Below are positions 54,409-64,000 of a DNA stretch of 64,000 bases, one piece after another; within the stretch, counting starts at the first letter, position 1; the number at the start of each line of letters is the position of its first letter. The stretch spans positions 64,001-128,000 of the forward strand of contig CAWDSQ010000022.1 in NCBI GenBank assembly GCA_963804955.1. The letters run 5' to 3'. A model generated the notes under the pieces. The model had not been told where the DNA came from and did not search any database. It saw nothing but the letters and a program-made list of their open reading frames with translations. Source of the stretch: an uncultured delta proteobacterium (GTDB lineage: Bacteria; Desulfobacterota; WTBG01; CAIYCZ01; CAIRTM01). The position numbers and the translations under genes were made by a program.

Positions 54409-55969
54409 ATGAATATGCAGACCACAGCGACGCCTCTTCCGGGCAGAAAAATTAAAGACCTGCTGCGGACCATTACCATCAGGCAGAAGCTTTTGATCGG
54501 CTCAAGCCTGATCATCATGTCGGTTCTCATCAGCAGTCTCTACGCCAGTATCCAACTGCGGCAGCTTGATACCCTCATCACCACGGCCGTCACAATTGAC
54601 GCAAAAATTCTGCGCGGTTCAGATAATCTAAAAAGTTCTCTTCTCGTGCAAATGAGCAATGCGCGCAAGTTTAACATAACCGGAGACACGGACTTCCAGC
54701 AGCTTTTTGATGATAACGTCCGTGATTTCCGCAGCACCCTGACCGCCATGGAGGCCATTGCTGAAAACGAGGAGGTGCGCGCCCGCCTTGCCCGCGTTAG
54801 GAACGCTTACGAAGCCTATACCGGCCTTGTCGTGGGGAGCTTTTCCAGCGATACGCAGGAGGCGGAGCCGGACCGCCGGCAGCAGAAGGCCGAGGCCGAT
54901 ATAAACGACAGCCTTGAGTCTCTCTATGAAACAGCCCAGCAGGTGCTCAGCCGCAAAATGCTCAGCTCGCAGCAGATCAGCTCCCGGGGCACATGGCTGA
55001 CGGTGCTCATCGGGCTGGTGACGGCGCTGTGCGGCATGCTGTTCGCCCTGCTCATCGTCCGCTCCATTTACGCACCGCTTCGCAGCCTGAAAGAGGCTAC
55101 CCATTATATTTCCCGGGGCGACTTCAGCAAAAAAATCGACATTGCCCGGCAGGATGAAATCGGCGAACTGTCAGACTCCTTCAACATGATGTGCGACCGG
55201 CTGCAGGAGCTTGATCAGTCTCAAGTCGGATTTTATTTCCAATATCACGCATGATCTCAAAACGCCCCTTGCCTCCATTACCGAGGCAAACCAGCTCATG
55301 CTGGACGGCGCGGCCGGAGAGACAACGGCCCAGCAGCAGCGGCTTCTTGGCATTATCCGTGAAGATTCGGCCCGGCTTACGCGCCTTATCTCGTCGATCA
55401 TCGATCTTGCCAGGATGGAGTCGGGCATTCTCAACTACGACCTGCTTCCCGCCGACATCGGCCTGCTGGCTCTCGAGGCTGTGGAGTCCGTGCGGTTTCT
55501 TGCTTCCAGCAAGGACATTGCCCTTGCGTTTCAGCCCGACAAAAGCCTGCCGCAGCTGTTGATTGACGACGACAAAATGAGACAGGCATTGATAAACCTT
55601 CTGAGCAATGCTATAAAGTTCACTCCCGCCGGGGGTACGGTCAAGGTCAGCATCGCGCGCACGGACACGTATCCCGCGGAATGCGCATCCCGTGAGGCCG
55701 TCATGATTTCCATCACCGATACGGGCGTGGGCATTGTCGATGCGGATTTGCCGCGCATTTTTGAAAAATTCTTTCGCGGCAGCGCGGGCTCCGCGGGCAA
55801 GGGATCGGGCCTGGGGCTCACCATAGCCCACCACATTGTTCAAGCCCATGGCGGGCTTATCCGGGCTGAAAGCAGCGCCGGCAAAGGCAGCACGTTTTAT
55901 GTGCTCCTGCCAATTGATCAGAAGGATGTGCCGGCACCTGATCGCAACGCCTGCACGCAGCGATCGTGA
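54409..55969 (+). CDS. HAMP sensor histidine kinase (GlrK-like), indel near 55215
   Basis: 2 TM segments, DEIGELSDSFN, NITHDLKTPL, NLLSNAIKFT, GSGLGL. Confidence 0.88.
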
Positions 55970-55993
55970 GCAGTCGTCCACAAGGAGAAAGTA

Positions 55994-56582
55994 GTGAAGG
56001 AAGCAGTACGAAGGCTCGCCAGGTATCTGTATATCGGCATTCTTGTTTCAGGGGTCACCGGGTGCGCCGGCATCTCAAAGCCCGTAGGGGACATGGCCTC
56101 GGATTTGTACACCATAAAACAGCAATTTGCCGGCGGCACGTACAGGGAGTCCCTGCAGGGCTGCCTGGCGATCATGGCAATCCGCCCCGCCTGCACAGCC
56201 CTTGATCAGGCTTTGTATTATGCGGCTCTGAACAGCCTGAGCATTGATCCGGGTCGCGGCGGCAGAATCGAGGCGGCAACACTATTTCCAGCGCCTGATA
56301 AGCGATTGCGCAGGCAGCCCGTATCGGCCGGAAGCCGAGATATGGCTGGCGATACTGACATCTCCTGAAACCAGCAGCCTGCAGCGCGGCGACGTATTTA
56401 CCGGCAAAAACAGCAGCAACGACAGCCTTACGCAAAAAGATCAGGAGATCAAGCGGCTGCGCAGCGAAATCGTGCGCCTGAACCGGGAAATCGATATGCT
56501 CAAAAATGTCGACGTGCAGCTGCACCGGCAAAAAAAGGACCTTGATGATGGCCCAGACGAAGGAAAAAATACTCGTCCTTGA
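55994..56582 (+). CDS. Lipoprotein (QseG/YfhG-like position), indel near 56275
   Basis: Lipobox VTGC; C-terminal coiled coil ending IDMLKNVD; lies between the kinase and the regulator. Confidence 0.6.
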
Positions 56583-57945
56583 CGACGAGCCCCATATTCT
56601 CGACCTCATCCAGATGCGCCTTGAGTCGCAGGGCTATGAGGTGATGACTGCCGCAACCGGCGATGCGGCTCTGGCACAGGCCCGCAGCACGGTTGTGGAC
56701 ATGGCCATTATCGACCTGATGCTCGGCCCCGGCCCCGACGGCATTCAGGTGATGGAGCAGCTGCTGCTCATCAATCCCCATGTGCCGGTCATCATTCTCA
56801 CCGCCCACGGCACCATCAACAATGCCGTTGAGGCCATGAGCCGCGGCGCCTACTGCTATCTGACCAAGCCCTATAAGCCGGAAGAGCTGACCCTGCATGT
56901 CAAAAACGCCCTTGAGAAGCGCCGTCTCACCAGCGAAATCGCAACGCTCAAGCACATGCTTGAAGAGCGCTCGCAGGAGAAAAATATTATTGCCCACAGC
57001 CCCCGCATGAGGGAAATCATCAGGCAGGTGCAGCAGGCCGCTCAGACCGATGCCACTATCGCCGTCTATGGCGAGAGCGGCACAGGCAAGGAGCTTATTG
57101 CCGAAATCATCCACCTGCGCAGCAAGCGGTCCAAGGGCCCGTTCGTGCCCGTCAACTGCGGGGCCCTTCCCGAGGGGCTTCTGGAAAACGAGCTGTTTGG
57201 CCATATGCGGGGCGCCTATACCGATGCGCGCGAATCGCGCATGGGCCTGTTTACCCAGGCTGAAAAGGGCACCATTTTTCTGGATGAGATCGGCAATACC
57301 AGCCCTGCGCTGCAGGTAAAGCTGCTGCGGGTTCTGCAGGAGCGGGAGCTGCGGCCCCTGGGCGGCGACCGTGCGATTAAAGTAGATGTGCGCGTCATTG
57401 TAGCTTCAAACAAGGATTTGCAGAAGGCTGTTGAGCGGGGCGAGTTCCGCGACGATTTGTTTTACCGCGTTCATGTCATTCCCATCTACCTGCCGCCCCT
57501 TCGGGAGCGCCGGGAGGATATCCCTCTGATTGCCGACCATTTTCTCAAGCAGTTCAACAAAAGCGTGGGCAAAGAGATCAAGGGCTTCACCCCGTCTGCC
57601 ATCCAGCGCATGATGCTCTATCACTGGCCCGGCAATATCCGCGAGCTTAAAAATACCATCGAGCGCGCTGTCGTCCTGAGCATGCACGATGTCATCGATG
57701 TGCCCGACCTCATCCCCCTTGCCTCCATGCAGGAGCCTGCAGCCGCAGCAGCCACCACCGCAGCGCCCGGTCTCTCGGTAACCTATGAAGATGCCAAGCA
57801 GGATTTCGAGAAGAGCTTTCTTGAGCACCTGTTGCGGCAGACCCAGGGCAATGTCACCAATGCCGCAAAGATTGCCGACCGCTATCGCGGCGATCTCTAC
57901 CGCCTGATGAAAAAGTACGGTTTGAAGTCTGAAGATTTCAAGTAG
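56545..57945 (+). CDS. Sigma54-dependent response regulator (NtrC family, GlrR-like)
   Basis: REC; GESGTGKE; ELFGHMRGAYTDA; FRDDLFYR; WPGNIREL; Fis HTH. Confidence 0.92.
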   Translation: MMAQTKEKILVLDDEPHILDLIQMRLESQGYEVMTAATGDAALAQARSTVVDMAIIDLMLGPGPDGIQVMEQLLLINPHVPVIILTAHGTINNAVEAMSRGAYCYLTKPYKPEELTLHVKNALEKRRLTSEIATLKHMLEERSQEKNIIAHSPRMREIIRQVQQAAQTDATIAVYGESGTGKELIAEIIHLRSKRSKGPFVPVNCGALPEGLLENELFGHMRGAYTDARESRMGLFTQAEKGTIFLDEIGNTSPALQVKLLRVLQERELRPLGGDRAIKVDVRVIVASNKDLQKAVERGEFRDDLFYRVHVIPIYLPPLRERREDIPLIADHFLKQFNKSVGKEIKGFTPSAIQRMMLYHWPGNIRELKNTIERAVVLSMHDVIDVPDLIPLASMQEPAAAAATTAAPGLSVTYEDAKQDFEKSFLEHLLRQTQGNVTNAAKIADRYRGDLYRLMKKYGLKSEDFK

Positions 57946-58062
57946 GGGCATTTGCAGTGATTTGTTGATCCGCCGCGGCAGGGGCGGATCAGACCGGCCT
58001 GTAAAACCTGTCATAAAAAAACACCGGCAGATAGAAGAAGGTATCGGGGAGCGGGTCAACGC

Positions 58063-59112
58063 TTACAAAATCAGCATGGCATCGCCATAGCTGAAGAAGC
58101 GGTACCGCTGCTCAATGGCCTCTGCGTAGGCGCGCAGGATAAAGTCGCGGCCTGCGAAGGCCGACACGAGCAGCAGCAGGCTTGATTTGGGAACATGAAA
58201 ATTGGTGATAAGGCCGTCCAGCGCCTTGAAGCGGTAGCCGGGATAGATAAAAATACCGGTTTCGCCTTCACCGCTTCTGAGCACGCCCTTTTCATCGGTC
58301 ATGCTTTCAAGCACGCGCGTACTTGTGGTACCGACAGCAATAACCCGCCGTTTTTCAGCTTTGGCCCGGTTGACAGCAGCGGCTGTTTCCGGCGATACCG
58401 CAAGGGCCTCGGTATGCATGGTGTGGCGCTCGACTATGTTTTCCCGTATGGGCTGAAATGTGCCGTAGCCCACATGCAGGGTAACAAATACGGTCTCGAT
58501 GCCCGCCTGCCGCAACTCTTCGATCAGCCCCGGCGTGAAATGAAAACCTGCGGTGGGGGCGGCAACAGCGCCGTCGCGGGCGGCATACACGGTCTGGTAG
58601 CGGTTCCGGTCGCAGCTAGCCTCCGTGCCGCGCTGCCGCCGTATATAGGGCGGCAGAGGCGTTATGCCGATTCTCTGCAGCACCTCGTACAGGTCACCGC
58701 TGCAGGCGAGGCTCACGCGCCAGGCCTCATCGCCGGCGCGGTCAAGCACCCGGGCGCTCAGGGTTTCATCGAACAGTATGCGCATGCCGGACTCGATACG
58801 GCGCTTGCTTTTTATGAGGCATTCCCATACATGCCTGCAGTCCGGGTCCGGCGGAAGGGCCTTCAGCAGAAACAGCTCCACCCAGCCGCCCGTTTCCTTC
58901 CGGCCGTACAGGCGCGCAGGGATCACGCGCGTGTCATTTGCCACCAGCACATCGCCCGGCCGCAGGTATGCTGGCAGGTCTGAGAAAGACCTGTGCTCGA
59001 CCGTCTGCCTGTCTCGCCTGAGCACCATCAAACGCGAGGTGTCGCGCCGGTCCAGGGGCTGCTGGGCTATCAGTTCTTTGGGCAGGTTGTAATCGAAGTC
59101 ACCTAGTTCCAT
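58063..59112 (-). CDS. queA: S-adenosylmethionine:tRNA ribosyltransferase-isomerase
   Basis: FDYNLPKELIAQ, PLPPYIRR, AVAAPTAGFHF, LHVGYGTF, YRFFSYGDAM. Confidence 0.97.
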   Translation of the reverse strand: MELGDFDYNLPKELIAQQPLDRRDTSRLMVLRRDRQTVEHRSFSDLPAYLRPGDVLVANDTRVIPARLYGRKETGGWVELFLLKALPPDPDCRHVWECLIKSKRRIESGMRILFDETLSARVLDRAGDEAWRVSLACSGDLYEVLQRIGITPLPPYIRRQRGTEASCDRNRYQTVYAARDGAVAAPTAGFHFTPGLIEELRQAGIETVFVTLHVGYGTFQPIRENIVERHTMHTEALAVSPETAAAVNRAKAEKRRVIAVGTTSTRVLESMTDEKGVLRSGEGETGIFIYPGYRFKALDGLITNFHVPKSSLLLLVSAFAGRDFILRAYAEAIEQRYRFFSYGDAMLIL

Positions 59113-59131
59113 GGCAGCCCTTTTTGTAACT

Positions 59132-59274
59132 GTTCAAAGCTCAAGGTTCACAGTTCGGATTCTAAATTCTGCCCGCCGCAGCCGACTGGCTTCTGTCTTG
59201 CGCTTTTGCACCTGCTACAGCCTATAGCCTAAATGCCTACAGGCTGTTCCCCTGACTCCTGAACCCTCGTCCCG
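59132..59274. repeat. Degenerate heptamer tandem repeats
   Basis: GTTCAAA-GCTCAAG-GTTCACA-GTTCGGA; CTACAGC-CTATAGC-CTAAATG; CCTGACT-CCTGAAC. Confidence 0.55.
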
Positions 59275-59348
59275 AGTAATCTTTTTGCTGTACAGTCGAT
59301 TCATTATACTGTACTTTTTTTGATTACGGCAACCGGAGTTTCGCGCTA

Positions 59349-59376
59349 TTGACACACAGCCAAAATAGATTATGTT
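59349..59376 (+). promoter_or_regulatory. Putative sigma70 promoter of clpS-clpA
   Basis: TTGACA-N16-TATGTT. Confidence 0.45.
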
Positions 59377-59423
59377 ATAAGTAGTATGATAAGTATATGG
59401 AAACCAAAACTGAAGACTGAGAC

Positions 59424-59735
59424 ATGGGCACCGGAAAGACCCCGGAATTTCAAGATCGCGTCGAGGACACAACCGAGCTTAACGAGCCGCCGCAGTTTCG
59501 CGTGCTGCTGCACAATGATGATTACACGACCATGGATTTTGTCGTGCAGATTCTCGAGGTTGTTTTCAGCAAGTCCCCAGCCGAAGCCATGCAGATAATG
59601 CTCAATGTGCATCGCAAAGGCATCGGGGTGTGCGGTGTGTATACCGCAGAAGTTGCGGAAACCAAAGTGGCAATGGTGCACCATCTGGCTCATGAACACA
59701 ATTACCCGCTGAAATGCAGCATGGAAGAAGTCTGA
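59424..59735 (+). CDS. clpS: ATP-dependent Clp protease adaptor
   Basis: VLLHNDDYTTMDFVV, MLNVHRKG, AETKV, YPLKC. Confidence 0.97.
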   Translation: MGTGKTPEFQDRVEDTTELNEPPQFRVLLHNDDYTTMDFVVQILEVVFSKSPAEAMQIMLNVHRKGIGVCGVYTAEVAETKVAMVHHLAHEHNYPLKCSMEEV

Positions 59736-59736
59736 T

Positions 59737-62037
59737 ATGATTAAAAAAGAACTGGAAATGGCCTTTGCAGCAGCTGTGCGTGAAGCGCAGAAGCGCCGGC
59801 ATGAAATGCTCACCGTCGAGCACCTGCTGTATGCCCTGCTCTATGACGACATGGGGAGCCGCATACTTCGCAGCTGCGGAGCAGATATCGACGAGCTGAA
59901 AACCCAGCTCGAGGAATTTTTTTCCGACAAGATCGAAAAATTCGCCGAAGGCGCAGCCAAGGAGATCATTCAGTCCATCGGCGTGCAGCGGGTGCTGCAG
60001 CGCGCCATGATGCATGTGCAGGCCGCGGAAAAAACCGAGATGGACGCAGGGGATGTGCTCGCCTCTATTTTCGAGGAGGAGGGCTCCTATGCCGTGTATT
60101 TTTTAAAATCCCATGGCCTGTCGCGGCTTGATATTCTCAACTATATTTCCCATGGCGTGTCTCAGTCCGGCGAGGCGGAGGATGAGCCGCAGTGCTCGCT
60201 GGAGCGGCGCGAAGCACAGGACGATACCGCCGATGACAAGAAAAAGGCCAAGCCGGGCCAGAGCGCCCTTGAGCGCTATACCGTGAACCTTATTGAAAAG
60301 GCCCGGTCCGGGCACATTGACCCGCTCATCGGCCGGGCGCCCGAGCTTGAGCGCACGCTGCAGGTGCTGCACCGCCGCGTAAAAAACAACCCGCTCTATG
60401 TCGGGGATGCGGGTGTCGGGAAAACAGCCCTTGCCGAGGGCCTGGCGCTCAAGGTCGTGCAGGGCGATGTGCCCAAACCCTTTCTCGGCGCTGAAATCTA
60501 CTCCCTGGATATGGGCACCCTGCTTGCGGGAACCAAGTTTCGGGGCGATTTCGAGGCGCGCCTCAAGGCGGTGATCAAGGAGCTTGAAGCCAAAAAGGGC
60601 GTCATACTGTTTATCGATGAAATTCACACGGTTGTGGGCGCCGGCGCCACCAGCGGCGGCTCCATGGACGCGTCAAATATTTTAAAGCCCGTCATCGCTT
60701 CGGGCGATCTGCGCTGCATCGGCTCGACGACCTATGAGGAATACAAAAATCATTTCGAAAAGGACCGGGCGCTGGCGCGCCGCTTCCAGAAGATAGAGGT
60801 TATGGAGCCGTCCGTCGACGAGACCGTTGAGATTCTGAAAGGGCTTAAGCCCTATTATGAAAAGCATCACGGCGTGAGCTACAGCCCCGGCGCTTTGAAG
60901 GCCGCGGCCGAGCTGTCGGCCAAGCATATCAATGACTGCTTTCTGCCCGACAAGGCCATTGACGTGATCGACGAGACCGGCGCTATTTTCAACCTGCGCC
61001 ATGAGGGCAGGGTCCACAAGGTGATCGGGGCCAAAGATATTGAAAAGGTCGTGGCGCGCATGGCAAAAATTCCGCCCCGCAGCGTCACCTCGTCTGACAA
61101 AATCGCGATACAGAATATCGAGCAGGAGCTCTGCTCCCGGGTTTTCGGGCAGGAGCCTGCCATCAAAAGCCTTGCCAAGGCAATCAAGCGCTCGCGTGCG
61201 GGTTTGGGACTTCCTGACAAGCCCATCGGGTCATTTTTGCTTATGGGCCCCACGGGCGTCGGGAAAACCGAGGCGGCAAAGCAGCTGGCGCAGGTGCTCG
61301 GGATTCACTTTGTGCGATTCGACATGAGCGAGTATATGGAGAAGCATACCGTGGCGCGGCTGATCGGCGCGCCTCCGGGCTATGTGGGATTCGAGCAGGC
61401 GGGCATGCTCACCGACGATATACGCAAGCACCCGCACAGCGTGCTGCTGCTGGACGAGATCGAGAAGGCGCATCCCGATATTTTCAATATTCTTCTCCAG
61501 ATCATGGACTATGCCACGCTGACCGACAATAACGGCAAAAAGGCCGATTTCCGGCATGTGGTCCTGCTGATGACGACCAATGCCGGCGCCAGGGAAATGG
61601 CAACGGCTAATATCGGTTTTGGCGGCAGCATGCGCGATGTGAGCGCCGACAAGGGCAAAAAAGCCATTGAAAAGCTGTTCAGCCCCGAGTTTAGAAACCG
61701 CCTCGATGAGATAATAACATTCAATCCTCTCTCCATCGAGATCATGGAGCAGATAGTGGATAAGTTTTTCAGGGAAGTGCAGGCTCAGGTGACGACAAAA
61801 AAAGTGAGCGCGCAGCTCAGCCCTGCGGCCCGCAACTGGCTTGCCCGCAACGGCTTCAGCCCGGAATACGGCGCCAGGCCCCTGGCGCGGCTCATGCAGG
61901 TTGAGATAAAGGACACGCTGTCCAATGAGATACTGTTCGGCGCATTGGCCACCGGCGGCACGGTGACCATAGACCTTGCGCCCGATGCTGATGAGCCTGG
62001 CACCTGCAGGAGCCGAAAAGCGGCATCTGGTGTTTGA
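59737..62037 (+). CDS. clpA: ATP-dependent Clp protease ATP-binding subunit (true stop may be 62047)
   Basis: Two AAA+ domains (GDAGVGKT, GPTGVGKT), RLIGAPPGYVG; follows clpS. Confidence 0.96.
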   Translation: MIKKELEMAFAAAVREAQKRRHEMLTVEHLLYALLYDDMGSRILRSCGADIDELKTQLEEFFSDKIEKFAEGAAKEIIQSIGVQRVLQRAMMHVQAAEKTEMDAGDVLASIFEEEGSYAVYFLKSHGLSRLDILNYISHGVSQSGEAEDEPQCSLERREAQDDTADDKKKAKPGQSALERYTVNLIEKARSGHIDPLIGRAPELERTLQVLHRRVKNNPLYVGDAGVGKTALAEGLALKVVQGDVPKPFLGAEIYSLDMGTLLAGTKFRGDFEARLKAVIKELEAKKGVILFIDEIHTVVGAGATSGGSMDASNILKPVIASGDLRCIGSTTYEEYKNHFEKDRALARRFQKIEVMEPSVDETVEILKGLKPYYEKHHGVSYSPGALKAAAELSAKHINDCFLPDKAIDVIDETGAIFNLRHEGRVHKVIGAKDIEKVVARMAKIPPRSVTSSDKIAIQNIEQELCSRVFGQEPAIKSLAKAIKRSRAGLGLPDKPIGSFLLMGPTGVGKTEAAKQLAQVLGIHFVRFDMSEYMEKHTVARLIGAPPGYVGFEQAGMLTDDIRKHPHSVLLLDEIEKAHPDIFNILLQIMDYATLTDNNGKKADFRHVVLLMTTNAGAREMATANIGFGGSMRDVSADKGKKAIEKLFSPEFRNRLDEIITFNPLSIEIMEQIVDKFFREVQAQVTTKKVSAQLSPAARNWLARNGFSPEYGARPLARLMQVEIKDTLSNEILFGALATGGTVTIDLAPDADEPGTCRSRKAASGV

Positions 62038-62056
62038 ATATGCATAAAAGATACTT

Positions 62057-62193
62057 TTGATGGTTTCGTAAAAAATTCGAAACTGTCACCCTGAACGAAG
62101 TGAGGGGTCTCGTAACCTGCTGAAAAAATGAGATTCTTCGCTCCGCTCAGAATGACAAAATAGTATTTTTTTGACTTTTTTCGAAAGCATCAA
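62057..62193. mobile_element. MITE-like element enclosing a REP-like palindrome pair
   Basis: TIRs TTGATGGTTTCGTAAAAA / TTTTTTCGAAAGCATCAA; inner TGTCACCCTGAACGAAGTGA…GAGATTCTTCGCTCCGCTCAGAATGACA. Confidence 0.7.
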
Positions 62194-62279
62194 TTTTAGA
62201 TTTTGGATCTTAGATTTTGGATTTTTTCAGGCAGGACAATCTGTAATCCAAAATCCACAATCACAAATCCAAAATTCCA
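62194..62279. repeat. Inverted arrays of heptamer repeats
   Basis: (TTTTGGA/TTTTAGA)x4 followed by (AATCCAA-like)x5. Confidence 0.7.
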
Positions 62280-62281
62280 AC

Positions 62282-62983
62282 ATGCCCGTCTATCAACTTC
62301 CCAAAGAACTTGTATTTCCGTCGCCCGATGAAGCCGAGCCCAGCGGCCTTCTGGCCGTGGGGGGCGATTTGAGCTTGCGGCGGCTGCTGCTTGCCTACTG
62401 CATGGGCATTTTCCCCTGGTACTGCCAGGGGGAGCCGATACTGTGGTGGTCGCCCGATCCGCGCCTGATTCTTGAGCCTGCCCATATTAAGATTTCCCGC
62501 AGCCTTCGCCGCGTGCTCAAAAAAGGCGTATTTCAGATAACCATGGACAGGGATTTTGCCGCGGTCATACAGGGCTGCGCCGCTGCCAGCCGCAGGGGTG
62601 AGCCGGGAACGTGGATAGTCGATGACATGATTACCGCCTACACGCGGCTGCATGCCGCGGGCTTTGCGCACTCGGTTGAGGCGTGGCATGAAGGAAAGCT
62701 CGCGGGCGGGCTCTACGGCGTCAGCATCGGCAGCGCTTTTTTCGGGGAGTCCATGTTCAGCCTGTCAAGCAACGCCTCGAAGGCGGCGCTTGCCTGTCTT
62801 GCTGCTGCTTTGCAGGAGTGGGGCATGGGTCTTATCGACTGCCAGGTAACCACTGAACATCTGCTCAGCATGGGCGCCCGCGAGATGCCCCGGGCGGAAT
62901 TTCTCGAGCGTCTGGTGCAGGCCCTGCGGGCTGAGACGCGCACCGGCCGCTGGTCGCTGCCTGAGGGGCTGCAGGTGTTTTGA
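62282..62983 (+). CDS. aat: Leucyl/phenylalanyl-tRNA--protein transferase
   Basis: [45 protein letters not shown]. Confidence 0.96.
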   Translation: MPVYQLPKELVFPSPDEAEPSGLLAVGGDLSLRRLLLAYCMGIFPWYCQGEPILWWSPDPRLILEPAHIKISRSLRRVLKKGVFQITMDRDFAAVIQGCAAASRRGEPGTWIVDDMITAYTRLHAAGFAHSVEAWHEGKLAGGLYGVSIGSAFFGESMFSLSSNASKAALACLAAALQEWGMGLIDCQVTTEHLLSMGAREMPRAEFLERLVQALRAETRTGRWSLPEGLQVF

Positions 62984-63011
62984 CGGCGCAGGGGCGCAAT
63001 ATTTTGAGCCC

Positions 63012-63630
63012 CTACTGAGCACCTTGAAAAACATCCGGAAAAATTTTCTGCATCTCCCGCATTAAGCTTTGCTCATTCTCATAGAGTATGACCGCAAAGC
63101 CCCGCTGCCGGGCCTTGTCGATATTGGCCGCATTGTCGTCAACAAGCAGTATGCTTTCAGGGGGGATGCCCAGCTGTGCTGCCACAACATCAAACAGATC
63201 GCCGCGGTATTTGCTGGCGTGCATGTGAAAGCTGTTGAAGACGGGATCGAAACAGCGCAAAAAATCCGTCGCGCCGGTCAAGCTCGTCGAGCCAGTTGGT
63301 CTGATCGCTGATGATGCCCACCTGCATGCCGCCCCGGCGCAGGCGTGCTGCTGCATCAATCATTGCAGGCCGCAGAATGAACCGGTTTAGTATCTCGCTG
63401 CGCAGCTCACCGTCGGTCTGGGCAAGGCCGTACTCCCGGCGAAGGTGAGCCCAGAAGGCAGCCTCATCGCTGCCTCCGGTCAGGTAGCCTGAATCGGCTA
63501 TGATGCGGCACACGTCCTGATAAAAGGCCTCGGGGTCAAGCCCGTTATTCCGGGCAATGGCAAGGAGCCCTTCGCGGAAGCCCTCTTCGGCAATTACGCC
63601 GCCGTAGTCGAACAGAACAGTATCAATCAT
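63012..63630 (-). CDS. HAD family hydrolase, indel near 63260
   Basis: MIDTVLFDYGGV, IISDQ, LLVDDNAANI. Confidence 0.85.
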
Positions 63631-63721
63631 ACATTCCGTATTTCTTTGCAGGCGCCCAGCCATAGAAAGGCTGATATATAGCTGTGCCTTTTATTTTATT
63701 ACCTACATGACAAGGGCCAGG

Positions 63722-63919
63722 ACATCGTAGACACGGTTGAATATTCTGCAGGGAAAAAGTTTAAAACAGTCTGGATACCGGCTTTCGCCGGTATGACGAA
63801 ACAATAGTTGCGTGCCTATAAATGAGGTCATTCCAGCGAAAGCTGGAATCCAGTTTTCTTATTTTGCTTTGTCGTGAAACGTGTCGGACTGTTTTTTTAA
63901 CCCTGTTTGTCCACGATGT
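63722..63919. mobile_element. MITE-like element enclosing a REP-like palindrome pair
   Basis: Ends ACATCGTAGACA / TGTCCACGATGT; inner CTGGATACCGGCTTTCGCCGGTATGAC and GTCATTCCAGCGAAAGCTGGAATCCAG. Confidence 0.55.
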
Positions 63920-63933
63920 TGTGGCATTTGTCA

Positions 63934-63967
63934 CCTACAGCCTAACAGTCTATAGCCTACAGCCTAA
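63934..63967. repeat. Heptamer repeats (CCTACAG type)
   Basis: CCTACAG-CCTAACAG-TCTATAG-CCTACAG-CCTAA, similar to 59215..59242. Confidence 0.55.
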
Positions 63968-64000
63968 ATTTTAAACTTCCCCTTTTCGTAAATGACGGTC

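Noticed and set aside
62171..62281. N-terminal extension of Aat (…[11 protein letters not shown])
   Set aside because: It is a translation of the MITE end and heptamer repeats; the real start is most likely ATG 62282.
59132..63967. CRISPR array
   Set aside because: The repeats are heptamers or palindromes without regular unique spacers, and no cas genes are present.

Overview
Bacterial chromosomal DNA, most likely an anaerobic Deltaproteobacterium/Desulfobacterota-like organism (inferred from gene content). Many genes carry single-base indels, mostly in homopolymers, which looks like long-read assembly error; frameshifted genes are reported with reconstructed spans. The window has four parts. 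(1) 1-32.6 kb: a + strand redox/catabolic cluster with DUF1329 and YCF48-like envelope genes, eight paralogous geranylgeranyl-reductase/FixC-like flavoproteins (three preceded by small ferredoxins), two MarR regulators, two NuoEFG/HydCBA-like modules without a catalytic subunit, a porD plus degenerate porB pair, a GlcD-GlcF-GlcD-like triplet and a recent ~1.58 kb duplication. (2) 32.6-36.1 kb: a multi-PAS hybrid kinase on the - strand. (3) 36.3-50.5 kb: a ~14 kb genomic island at tRNA-Lys(CTT), bounded by 40-bp direct repeats, with an unannotated tyrosine-integrase remnant. Its cargo includes a chelatase-like protein, exported flavodoxins, a membrane-anchored protein resembling ferredoxin-dependent bilin reductases, CusRS-like regulators, CDF, DedA and MacB-like transporters. 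(4) 50.5-64 kb: backbone genes (GlrK-QseG-GlrR-like system, queA, clpS-clpA-aat, HAD hydrolase) with MITE/REP-like and heptamer repeats. No CRISPR array or rRNA was seen.
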